A stretch of DNA of 64,000 bases from Phoronis australis (taxonomy: Eukaryota; Animalia; Phoronida): NCBI GenBank assembly GCA_002633005.1, contig NMRA01000657.1, forward strand, positions 1 to 64,000, given 5' to 3'. Of the stretch, positions 13,001-25,485 are shown one piece after another. The notes beneath the pieces are model-generated. The model was given only the letters and a program-made list of their open reading frames with translations. It had not been told where the DNA came from and did not search any database. The position numbers and the translations under genes are program-made. Positions within the stretch are counted from its first letter, which is position 1. Each line of letters opens with the position of its first letter.

Positions 13001-14925
13001 TGTTTTCCATGGCAGTTTGTATAAATTAACCAGGCAATTAGTGTTAAACCAGATTCTGGTCGCATTAAATGTCACTTTTTACTTTAAAGTGGTCCAACAT
13101 TGTGTATACAGAGTGGGGATTTACGTGTACCGTATGGGATGAGGAGGTACATGTAAGCGAGATCACCTGTATTTTGAACAACTAGCATAGGAGCCTCCTA
13201 TTTGAGCCAGTCCATTAGCACTTAGATCAAATACCACATTTAGATATCTCCGATGTGATTTTGCCTGAGAAAGTTGGTAATCTTGCTATTGAAGCAACTC
13301 GAAGACTAATTAGCAGTTAGAACCCAATGTGCATGAAGATATATTTTGAACTGAGTTCGAAAGTTTATATGCTGTATATTGTTTGTCTGCTGAGAAGTCA
13401 TGGAAAAACGTGAGCTACAATACAATACTTGTTGTGTACTTATCGACTTTATACTGAAAGCAGCCTTTATCATCCTCACTTTTTTCACATGACCTCTGCA
13501 GTGGATCATGCTTCCAACATGAGGCATTTATATAGTCAAGTAACAGCTGATCACCTGGAACAGGATACATGTACATGTACCTTTGCCCTCTGGAGGACTG
13601 GGAAGTAATATGAATTGACTCTTTAGACTTCTCACAACTAGTCACACACACTTATTCAAGTACGTTCCTCTGTGCCTCCCACTGCTCAGGTGAAGTATCT
13701 TCTCACTGGTAGCTGGTTCCATGTTGTCACCCCCACTGCTACTCGAAAGTCTCCCATTTTTCACTTGTGTCAATCTCAGAAAAATTTGCGCAGATAGCAA
13801 AATGATAACATGAGCCAGCCATACCACTTCAAAAGTGGAAGTTATTGGGACACTGGCGGCTATATAACGTCCACGGAATGACTCTGACCAGTGGTTTTGC
13901 AGTTGCCTGTAATTGCCAATGAATCTTTTACCTTGACACCGTCCTCCGCTTTCAACGCCCTGCATCAAAACCACTTGAAGATTCCTAAAGAAATGTTTGT
14001 TCATACACACTCCACAGCTAACCCACAGTATGCATCTTTGTAAACAGGACAGTCACAGATAAAAATGTTATGAAAATGGTTTGTCGACGGTGTTTCCTTT
14101 TGTTTTTAGCAGTGCAAAGAAGATTACTAAGCTTTGAAAAACCAATGAGCTTTGAATTTCAACTCTAGCAAAAGGCTTCCTGCCAAAACTACTGCTATTT
14201 GTGTAGTAAGTATCCTAATTCTATGACTACCAGCACTTTTTAGAAATAAAGTAGTGTACCCTCGGTGCCTAGAAAATACGAAATTTGGTGAATGATAAAT
14301 TGATTTGTCGTTTGCTGGCCAACTATTAACAAATGTTCACGTTTTGTTGACGTTTGTCAGCGTTACTCATTGTGGTGGAATGGCGTAACCACCAGTAATT
14401 TTTGACTTCAAATGACATGAAATCCGTTCGCGCCAGGATTTTTTTTTTGTCTTATTTTGTAGACCTAAATTAGCTCAACACACTGGTTGGCACTAAAATG
14501 TTCTGAAACCTGTGCCAGCTGAGGTATCGGGATACGAATTTAGCCAATTTTGACAGTTTCAAAAATCACTGAAAGTACTCGTATTATGCGGCTCTAAAAA
14601 CAGACAAAAATCGTCGAAATCTTTTAAATTTTCATGAATAAATCAGTCGAAGGTCACACCTGATCAATAACATAGGTTCAATATTTCAACGTTAATTCCA
14701 CTCCGTAACGTACATGTAACTGTCGGAATTTTACTAAAATTTAACTACCGCCAGGCTGAAAACTCGGAAACAAATAGTATCCATGGAAACCAAAAGGGGG
14801 CGTTTTGAAAAAAATAAAGTTGGTCTGGAGTTAGTGGGGCCAGTGTCATCTCAGAGACAAAATATAAAGAGAATCTGTGACATAGCGTTTATCACCCTCT
14901 GTCTGGTCCATTTGCGAACATGCTC
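10091..14925 (+). mobile_element. Sola3-like DNA transposon relic
   Basis: TTAA|GAG...CTC|TTAA ends. Long degenerate TIRs, e.g. CAGAGGGGTGATGAACCCAATGTCACCGATT versus the reverse complement at 14872-14901, with more matches ~400-500 bp inward. Fragment LILARV...HLGILWKPCRLCKHPFH (10814-11092) resembles a transposase N-terminus. Confidence 0.55.
12700..13260. repeat. Diverged tandem repeat, ~250-bp period, about 2.2 copies
   Basis: A TGA(A/G)CCA(A/G)T(T/C)CA...TTAGATC motif recurs at about 12703, 12952 and 13203 with aligned flanks. Confidence 0.65.
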
Positions 14926-17499
14926 TTAAAAACTTTGTCGAAAGAAACCGACAAGGAATGGGGGCATATCACTCCAAGTCAAGAATAAACGCCCGTGTGC
15001 ACGTGCAAAAGTATACGCTAAGGGTTTTTGCGTTGTGTGGAAAATGTTTATGGAAGAGGTGGTGAGCGCTTAAATTATGCTCCATAGTAAGTGTTATGCG
15101 GCCAGTGGCTAGGGTTGGATTACCGTCTGATTGTTGAAGGGCCTTCATATGGGGAATGGTAACTGTAGCATTCTTCCTCTGAGTAGTTATAGATGGCGCT
15201 GTGATTTGCAAGATTCTAGCTTTCCCGTGCATGATTCAAAGTACGGTCAGACGACAACAGTTTCATCAGTTTCCATAGCTATTTTTATTGTTACACTTAA
15301 ACGCAAATGGCCTTACGATTAGTATTCTGACAAACGTGTCAAACCACAGTCGCTGACGATGGGATCTACAATGATGCTATTAAGTTAGAAGGCAAAATAA
15401 ACGGAAGTCCACCTGCGAAAGACCTCGACTTTTCAAACAAGCAGCTAAAGTAAAGCTTTTTGTGGGGGTGCCAAGGATACCCGAAACTTCTCAAAGCTAC
15501 TAGGGAATTGCCAAAGGTTCTGAAATAAGTGGGCAGATTAAATGCACAGTCGGTTATGGGGTTATCTTTGAAATGACTTAATTCTTATTTTTCATCAATA
15601 ATATTGTGTAGCACTTGAGTTCAGGATTGACACCTCCTGTCTGGAATGCAGTATGGTGGGTTCGATTTCTAATTAGTCAATCCCTTCAAATCTTTCACCA
15701 GACCTTTGGGACATTATCCGTCATGCTGTCGAGTTCCTCTCTTTTTTCACGACATAATTTGATTTGAACCTTTCTATGCCGAAGCTGCTCAAATGTCACG
15801 TTGAGTAAAGCTACTTCTGAAAGTAAAATTTCCAGTTCCAGTGACATCAGGTTTATCGTTTCATAATTTAAGAATTAGTTACTAACCAACCAATTGCTGG
15901 GATACCGTTGAATGCATGTTCTTAATTATTATACATTAGTTTTGATCTATTTATCACACTTATTATAGTCAACACGAAACAAAATATCTGACTGAAGTAT
16001 TTTTCAATTTTTGTTGGCCTACTATCAATTTGACTAACAGCAGAACAAAAATGTTCTGATTAGTTTACATGTACACATAGTCAACATTTTATTTTTTCTT
16101 TCAATTCATATGTACATTTCCAATTGCATCACATAGTGTTATTAGATAATGTTATATTGAACATTTATATAGTTTTATCACAGGTTTTGCAGACTAAATG
16201 TATACAATAGCTTTTGTATGGTCCAGAATTCAAATAAATATTAAAACTCCGGGAGGCACATTGCTGAAATGTAATTAAAAACTCAAATGCACCAAAATTT
16301 ATCAGCAATTTCATAAATCAACACTTTGATGCCAATTTTATGACTTTATATGGTCTATAACAAAACTCTGTCTTTGTGTCGAACAACCGTTTTAAATATT
16401 AGGGAAAAGGCTATTTTGAAGGTGTTTAATATTATCACCGTAGTGAAGGCAACAGAGGTCGCTACCACACATGCTCATTGTATCTAAGGAAAGGCGGATA
16501 TTTTGTTTCAAACATTTTCATGTTAAAAAAGACGGAACATTTGAAAATAATGACAGTAGGAATGCTTTTTCATCAAATTCAGATTTTGATTCAATTCCTT
16601 TCAACAAGATCTGCTGTATCATTCCTAGTTAATTTGAAACCAGGTTAAACACTGCATCTGATTTTTTACGTAGCGGAGTCTTTTGGTAATGCCTGAGGTA
16701 GCCATCATTTGAAAAAAAAAACAATAACAATGATTTTGTTTTATAAGTACTCTTTTCAAATTAATTTGTCCATACCTAGATTTAGTTAATCTGAACTTGA
16801 AATGAAACAGCAGGTTTTTACAAATATAGCAAAATCACAGTGTTCATACGGCATAAGGATATTATCATACGATGAGGTGGAAGATGATAGTCCAAAGGTA
16901 ACGAGATCGTGTGGAGCATGCGCGAAGCCAATGGGGGGCGTGCTCGGGGTGCCCAGAACGAGCCCCTCCCCTCCCCCATTTGGCGAAGTGGGCAAAAACT
17001 TCCAAATCAGAGAAACAAAAGTCCAAGAAAACGAAACAAAAGTTCACACGAAATTCCGTGCGAATGCACAATCCATAAGTCTGAGCACAGTACTCCGTTT
17101 TTAGTCCCCATTTTTTTCAGCAAAAGCTCCACGCATTGAAAAATTATTCGAGTCCCCCCCCCTATATTTTAAGCTGGGTGCTGGCATGTTGAGTCATATT
17201 TTCTTCTCGAGAATTCTGAAAGCCTTCCCTCCTATGTAGTCCTCAATCACCTTATATTATTTTAACCATGCCAATCAACCACAGTCGAACGCTGTGTGAC
17301 AATCCACAGCAAACGTAACAAGAAACATTTTCAAAAATGAGTGCAGTTGAAATGAACATGCAAACTTGGATAGAATGTCACATCAAAAATTAATGTTTAT
17401 CTCAACTATACAAAAGGTTAGATACCGACAGTTCAATAATACCATTGAAGCGCATCAAATCTGAGGATTCATCATTCCTCTNCATGTACTTGATTGTGT

Positions 17500-18110
17500 T
17501 AATATTACAATCTACTGTCAGGTGAACGAAAGCTATTACGACTGGAATCGACAGCAAACATACGGTACTACTCTAATGGTAGAAATGATTGGATTGAAGG
17601 AACCAAAAATTTGTTTAACATAAGTGGCATGCAATACTGTTTTCAAAATTTGACTATTTGTAACATAGTGGAAGCTAGAAACAAGTTATTTGAATACTCG
17701 AAACATGTTTGGGCCGAGTCAGTTGTAGCAAAATCCAAGTTAAGAACCTACATTATATTTAAGCAGGAGTTTTAACTCAACCGTATGTAAAGCTTAATTT
17801 ATCTCGTTCCGAGCGATCTCTTTTGGCTCAGTTGAGAGCAGGAAATCTCCCATTGCACTTGGTCGTTAAGTAAACACTCCTGTAAGTGAAAGACTTTGCT
17901 TGTGTTGTGATTCTGGTTCTGTGGAGGATTAGCTACATTTTGTGTTTGATTGTTCTTTCATAACTCATGGAGGTTTCTTATAGTTAACAATGCTTCAATT
18001 CGAGACCCAAACTTTGCAGATTTCAGAAGATTAGATACGTTAAAACTGCTGTTTTAGTATTACCCTAGGCAATTTGCCAAGTATATCAAGTCTACCTTTG
18101 TAAAACAATA
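17500..18110 (+). mobile_element. 3' fragment of a non-LTR retrotransposon (ORF2 C-terminal CCHC zinc finger), degenerate
   Basis: Across frameshifts it reads KLRTYIIFKQEF..PYVKLNLSRSERSLLAQLRAGNLPL...ERLCLCCDSGSVED*LHFVFDC. Confidence 0.7.
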
Positions 18111-21100
18111 GATCATGGAATGCATCGGATATAAGAACAGAAAGAAAATTCGTCTTCGTAAATAAAGAGCATATTCAGTCAACTCAGTTACATTTCAAAT
18201 ACCTGCCCCACTCAATTAATGAAGTATGGTACCCACACTAAAACCCCGATGAAGCTTCAATAAAACCTGTACCAAGTTAAATTGTTCATTTATGCAGAAT
18301 TGTTCTGCAAAGTCGTCCATAAACTTCGTGATGAAGTATTTATCTTTGTGTTATGTCGAATATCTGAATATCAATTCTGTACATAACGGTCTTTTTATCT
18401 GTTGTAAAAACAGAGCCAACAACGTTCCTTCGCAAACTGCACGGTGGTTTAGCCGCACTTCATTGAAGCTCTAGTTAATAAGATATTTTTAATGGCCGAC
18501 ACCGAATTACCACTGGTATAATCTATTGCAAATCACTTTAAAATGTATTTTATCCACAATCTTCGGCATTAGTTAAATCCGGCCACGATATTTCCTCTCC
18601 CAATTTCTACACAGTCCCAGTATCACGTCAAGTATACGTATCTGACGGGAAGGTACGCATCTATATCAAGTATACGTTTCAACAACAAGATAGAGTGGTG
18701 TGGAATACTTAAACAACGCGAAATATATTTCGTCTAATCCAACCGATTCCTAAGTTCTCGTGTTCTATATACTGTTAATTATTTCGTTAGACGCGGCATC
18801 ATTTAAAGTGGGGTCTGGAAGTAAGACTTCGCAATTATGTTTGGCAATAACTTTAAAATCCACGTACGAAAACTAAACACTTTTCGTGTTTGACTTCAGC
18901 ACTATGATAGTCTTTTACTAAACTATAAACATTCTTAAGAGCTCATCCATTGTTTGTCAGAAATTGTTGAAGTAGGGGTGCTGGGCAACCACAACAGATA
19001 TCACATACATGTATGTCATTGCAAGATACTAAGAAACTTGACGGCAAGGCTTGATGATATTAGTTCTTGATCGTGATAGTTTTACTTTGTTTTCGCTAAA
19101 GAGGTAAATGTCCAGGTGGTGTTCGACGTTAATCAATATCTTTGGTGTCCTTTGTGATCGAACCACTCTTTTGACAGACATTCTGGTTGTTGTGTTTTTG
19201 CCGTCATCCAAGCCTCATCAGTTGCAAAACCATCTATTACTTGCGAGATTTGAATCGTTCTGATATACCTTCCTGTCAATTTAATTTGCATGTACACCTA
19301 AAGCAGCATTCTGTCATTATCCGGCACGTTATCAGACAATGGAAATTTTAATTTCATTTCTATTGGACAACGGTCTGAATTAATCTCGGCTCAGCGTCTC
19401 ATCATTTTACTCACACTCGATTTTGGCATTTACTATGCTACTGATACGTGCCTCTAATGTTGTGCACCTGCTCCCGGCTCATCGTCCGAACTGGACATGC
19501 AGGGTGTGCAAAGGTTGTAGGAGATTAGGCAAATTAAGTTTCACAACCCTCCAAATTAAAACTCCTATTTTCGAATTTCGACCCTCATTACAAATTACAA
19601 AAAGCGTTTCTGTGGGTTCAAGAGGCGAACAGTACAACTAATTTTGTTTTATAGTCATGTTTACTGTACCCCTGTCCAAGTGGTTAGACGCTTCAACCCA
19701 AGTCGTTATTTGTACACGCAGGTCCTGTGGCATATTTTTCTGCCAACAAACTTAGCTTATTCATAACTTATTCATCTTTTCGCCATTGATTTTACATTAC
19801 TGCATTGATCATGTCCCTTTTGTCTTCACTGAGGGCGAGTACCTCTATCTTTAATCGTAGTAGCCCTAATGCAAATAGACAAGAAACAGTAACCCCTTTA
19901 AAAAGAGCAGCATACCTTGAACGCTTACATTTGTTGCAGTGGACATGATCTATTGAGGTTTGTGACAAGAACTACGACGCGTTGCATACAGGTATATGCA
20001 GGGATCCAAAATTGCAGTTTTTGACTTTTATTGGTGTTAAAAGAGTGATATTATGCAACGGCGTTTTGCTACTCCAAAGCATCTCGCTCTCATGTTTTGA
20101 AATATAACACGTAATAATAGATCGCTTGGAATTCCTTCGACGACCATACCGCATTAGTCGCTGAAACTCAATAAACCTAGCAAGACAGTGGCGACTTCGG
20201 GAAAATCTCAGCTCCCATAAAGCCGATGAATCCTTTCTAATTCGAGAATGAAACAGGATGAGACAGATTTCGTTACAGTTAGTAACCTGAATCAAATGGT
20301 AATTTCTGACAGAGAATGCATGGTTTATCGACCTTGTAAAATGCACACTTTGAATTGTTACAGTTAAGTACGCTCTGTGTTTGAACAGTTGCAATCAGGA
20401 TTTTCGGCTTTCGGGATCTCCGTTAAAAAAGGTTTTGTTAAGTATGTAACCAAAAGGAAATAAAAGACGAAATGCCTTTATTTTTGTTTGCACCAAATTT
20501 GAAAGTTTAAGAACGGAGTTTCCAAGAGAATGTTCCCCCTAGACCTTTTTTCTGTATTATCTGGAAGCTCTTGCGAGGTTTTTGATTAGAGCAATGGATT
20601 GTCGCAAGAATTGCCTGTATTGTGTGTAACCTTTTGGATGTTAACTAATATCCAAGTGACTTGCATGTATAAGTCCAAGAGGCTGGGGATTTGTTGCATG
20701 CAAAGTGTGTTTGTACTTGTTTTGTACTTTTACGCTCTCCGCCAACTGTGACGGATGACTTCAACGCTACAACACGTGATGCAATGCGAGAAAAAATCGT
20801 TTCATTGTGTGACAAACTTTACAGCGTCGTAAAATTTTGAGATATTGTACACACCTAAATAGGGACATAGGGATTTTCCGCCCGAGCATCCTGCCACCCC
20901 CACTTCCTTGTGCCCCTAAGCTTAAGTCTAGTAATTCTTATGGTTTATCCGCCACTGATTCCAAGCTAACCTCTTGGTCCGTCCACGGTGTGCTTCCCTA
21001 GCCAAAACCGTGTTCTTGTCACGAATTCTGTTTTTTTTTCATTTTGCAGGTGCAAGCTACTGGCACGAAATAAATCTTTACCCCAGACAACTCCAGGTTG

Positions 21101-21555
21101 ACGAGCACAAACATTTGCGGGCACGAAGCATTTGCGTAATCGTACATGTACCTGAATCGTATTCATCCATAATGTCAACGTGATATTTCAGTACTTGTTT
21201 AGAAATTGTTCAGAAAAATTGTAAATAAGTATTTTCAATCGATACAGATCACAGTAAAATGCACAGGTGCAATATTTTGCGTCATTGGTCAATCGCCAAG
21301 TTCGCTTGTTCGAGGTTTCTACTTACATCCGTATGTCTTTAAATTCTCGTTAGAGATAGGATACGTGTTTTGGTGACGTCACCGGAAAGCAACATTTCTT
21401 CGCCATGCAGGCTTATAATCTAATCACAGGCAACTTAGAAAACGCTAGAAGGGATTGAAAGAAAACAAAGAAGTTGGATTGATTGGCAGATTATTATTAT
21501 TGTTATAGTTATTCTTTTCACAAGGTGTTCCAAAATCAGATTACAAGTCGCTGCT

Positions 21556-21673
21556 TCAACCACAGATTTTACAAGCTTTGGGACAATTCTTCGCTATGGA
21601 AGTTTATTGTCGTTAATTTCTACATTCGCCTTTCCTAGTCCTGTAGTGACAATTTGTGTTGTTGTCTTTTAAC
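21556..21673 (-). pseudogene. Terminal exon: decayed ShKT exon that now supplies the stop codon (C|GT TAA) and 3' UTR
   Basis: Acceptor ttctattacacag matches the other ShKT exons. The shifted frame reads KDNNTNCHYRTRKGECRN*RQ*TSIAKNCPKACKICG*. AATAAA lies on the minus strand at 21603-21608. Confidence 0.7.
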
Positions 21674-21803
21674 CTGTGTAATAGAAAGGAGTTCAATGAT
21701 GTCATTTCATTAACAGAGCGCACGTACATATATTACACACAAAATCTAAACCTATATACAAACATATACATATACATATACACATTCATATGAACATATC
21801 CCT

Positions 21804-21806
<3 letters not shown>

Positions 21807-21857
<51 letters not shown>

Positions 21858-21901
21858 AATGTGTGTACGCGTGTGTGCGTGTGTGTGTGTGTGTGTGTGT
21901 G
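21807..21901. repeat. Compound microsatellite (AT)n + (GT)n
   Basis: (AT)n at 21807-21848 and imperfect (GT)n at 21861-21901. Confidence 0.95.
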
Positions 21902-23312
21902 CACATATGTTAATGACATGGCTTTAACACATTGTAGCAACGGACACCTAAGGGAGGCAAATACAAAACGATATACCGCAACATCAGCATAAGTTTTGAC
22001 TATAATACAAAACTTGCACTAGTAATCTGAAAAAAACAGCGCCACAAGCGTAGACTATGCGATGCTTGGGGTTCCCAGTTTCGTATGTAAATTAGAGGCG
22101 TTGCACGAAAATATCGTTATTAATTTCCAATGATACGAAATCACCGTGCAGTTCTCCTTAGATATAATATTAAAGCTACAACGTGACGTGATTATATAGT
22201 AGCAGAAAAAAGAAATAGTCAGGGTGTGCCTCTTAAGTCAGCAAAATTGCTGACCACTTAGGAAACGTGGTTGAAACCTTATTGATACAGTTTCATACAA
22301 CCGGCTACGATAGCCTTGATTTTAGAAGTGTGTGAGCATCAGAAGATAGGTAGGCGCTGTAGCAGCGATCCGGATTAACGACTTGTCCCCCCTTTATAGG
22401 AACAAAGGGGGGAATTTGCTCAGGGCCCCGTCTAGATGGGGCCGCTTTGAAGAAAAGCCTCAAATACAACTGCAAAAACAAGTTTGCAGAAGAATTCCAC
22501 CCTGGCAAAAAATGTCTCCTACGGCCGGGTGCACAGTGTTCCACGAGGGCCTCTTTTTCGAGGAGGGTTCCAATGGCTCACTTCGTAAAAAATTAGTATC
22601 ACCGCTGCAATCACGGGTCGCAGTATCCACTAGCTTTCCAATAGTTCTCAACAATGCACGACTTTCCCAGCCTAACTGTTTCGACGCTTGAAAACAAAAG
22701 GTCAATGTGATCCATTATTCCCTTGGCCGATGTGGTTAATTGGTAACCCTGCGCGTGTCAGTACCACACTCACTGCGTAGCAACATTAAAATTGATTCTT
22801 GTTGATGACAGGAAGGAATGCAATATGCCACAATTCCGCTGTCTGGGGACCCGAAGACAGTTTTTCCACAGAATGGTATGAAAAAACGCAATTGTGCTGT
22901 GCATACTACCACGACTTACAGACTTTTCACGGTGCCAAATTCAGAAGGCTAAAAAACAGTGGGCAGGCCCAAACTTTCACAAGGTCAAAAAATGGCACAA
23001 ATTCAACGACTTTATAGAGGCAACAAACACTTGCACACGAGTACGAAGGATGGTCGTATTTTTCACCTGCACTTGCTTGCCAATCACAGTCGGAGGGTTG
23101 ATCTGTCCCGCATTTAGTAAATACCACAAATTAACAAAACCCATAGCAACTCTTGGTTGGTTACACAAAACAGTACCATTAGCGACCCCACTAATTTCTA
23201 AAGCACAAATGCAACGGTGACAATTCAAAAAGAGGTAGGTTTCCCAGAACTGAAAAGTTATGGTTTAATTTCTTATTGCTAACTTCGAATGTTTTAGAAT
23301 TTAGTTACTCAC

Positions 23313-23432
23313 GACAGAAGCGGCAGGATCTCCTACAATTCGTCCTCATGTAACGGATGTTGCGTCTTCGGTAACAGTAGCCATACCGAGCCCAACGTAC
23401 ACACCGTGAGTTGTTGTCCCTGCATGTTCCTC
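23313..23432 (-). CDS. ShKT exon 21 (last intact, Arg-rich): GTCRDNNSRCVRWARYGYCYRRRNIRYMRTNCRRSCRFC
   Basis: ttccag| ... |gtgagt, 120 nt, six-Cys ShKT spacing. Confidence 0.9.
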
Positions 23433-25365
23433 CTGGAAAAGAATTGTTGAAAACTATTCCTGACGACATAAAATTTACGTGTATTGGTTCCAATCAAATT
23501 CATTCACTGCCGATGTCTCTTGGTGGTTGCTGACGTTGCAAAACTAGATACTTCGTCCTAAAATTAAGTTCAAACAGTATCAATAGACCATTAAGATAAC
23601 TGTGAAAGTAAAACTTACGCAACACAAAACACGATGCTCAACTGCAACATTAGCATGCACGTACATTGTAACTTAGATATGCAAATATTACTGTACCGGT
23701 TTTCTGGGAATTGAAGTCATAAACATGATAAGGTAGACGTTAACATGCAAAGGTGCGTGTGGGACGCATGGTGTGGGTTTCTCACTCCACTGCATGTGTG
23801 ACTACCAATGTGTTTGTAAAGGTGACAGACCACCACCACAACTGTAAGTACTATTACAGTAGTGTCCATCTAAGCCAATTGGTCAACCAGTGACGTAGGA
23901 CTGAAGGGTGCTGCACCTGACCCCTTTTAAAAATGATCACAATAAAACTAGTTCTGTATAAAAGGTGTTGGTTGCATAAAACAATTCCATTAAGGACTCC
24001 AATAAATAAACGAGCACAGACGCAACAGCAGATGCTTTCGAAGAGTATTGGTTCTACGAGTACTCACAGATTGTGGCAGTAGGTGTTCCTACCTTTGAAC
24101 TCAATAGGATTCAGTTTTGAGTAAGCCAGGGCATCTCGACACAGGTGATACAAAACAATCGCCTGATGCTGATGTTTATAGTACGATTACTACCAAATGT
24201 TTATTCATTTTGTTCCAGGCAGACGATCAAGTCGACATTGTTCATCCAAAGACTCCGAGAAGCATTCTCCACTAATATGTTTGGACGGGATCCATAAATG
24301 TTATCTTCAGGAAAGTACATGGGATAGCTAATTTTGGTGGATAATGTGACAGCTCTTTCAAATCAGCGATGTATTAATTTCTAATTTTGTAGGCGGAATA
24401 CAAAACATACACTGTATTTAGTGTCTGATATAAACATCCACGTTTTAAATAATCCTTGTGCAAAGCTCAGCAATAGCACACGGTTTAGCTTGAGGTGTGG
24501 GATGATAATGCATGTATCGTGTCTATTGAGTAGTGTATTGGTAGTGTGATGTGAACACCACAACTTATTGGGGACAGTTCGCTGAGTTAACATTCACAAA
24601 GGCAACTGTGGTTAGTATCTAAGAGATATATCTGTTCCAGACTAAAATATTACACGACTTTCTGTAACTGAGTTTGAATGAAAGTGGTTTCAATAAATTG
24701 CTGATCAATTTTATCACCGCCATCGTCGCCAGAAAGTTTGCTAGGTTCGGTTTAATCCTTCGCAGTGTAAATTTTGTATGGCTTTAAGTAGAAAACGCGA
24801 ATCCAATCGTATTGTTTGTGTTTAATCCTGGCTATCTGCATATAGTATATGAATTTCCTGACGGCATTGCACTAACAACGGGCATGTCTCGTGAATTAAC
24901 ACTTACGAATGCATTACATACGCGTCAAGTATACACGTGTTATTTGATAACCATCGTCGGGAACGATGTTTGGTAAAGGTGAAGACTCTTGGTGGTTCTC
25001 AGTTAAAAAACAACGAGTATGATACAATCTACATGTTTCAGGCTGCATCGTATGAGTGACTAGCAGCGGCTTTCTAGAGGCAACAAAACACCGGTAAGTA
25101 GGATGGTCGTAGTGTCCACCTACACTTGCTTGCCAATCAGAGTCGGGGGATTGATCTGTCCCGCATTTAGTAAAGACAACAAAGGAACAAACCCCATAGC
25201 AACTCTTGGTTGCTTACACAAAACAGTACCATTAGCGACCCCACTAATTTCTAAAGCACAAATACAACGGTGACAATTCAAAAAGAGGTAAGTTTCCCAG
25301 AACTGAAATGTTATGGTTTAATTTCTTATTGCTAACTTCGAATGTTTTAGAATTTAGTTACTCAC

Positions 25366-25485
25366 CGCAGAGGCGGCAGGATCTCCTACAATTCGCCGTC
25401 ATGTAACGGACGTAGCGTCTTCGGTAACAGTAGCCATACCGAGCCCAACGTACACACCGTGCGTTGTTGTCCCTGCATGTTCCTT
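25366..25485 (-). CDS. ShKT exon 20 (Arg-rich): GTCRDNNARCVRWARYGYCYRRRYVRYMTANCRRSCRLC
   Basis: ttacag| ... |gtgagt, 120 nt, open frame. Confidence 0.9.

Noticed and set aside
15605-15680. tRNA/SINE-like B-box (GGTGGGTTCGATT)
   Set aside because: No cloverleaf could be folded and it is too degenerate to call.
21030-21183. Strong plus-strand acceptor (tttttttttcattttgcag) with a short open frame
   Set aside because: No recognisable protein and no partner exons were found.
22977-23228. Cys-containing ORF (NCHRCICALEISG...) with homologs at about 25100, 32000 and 34000
   Set aside because: The copies carry stops or frameshifts and lack consistent splice sites; this is duplicated intron sequence.
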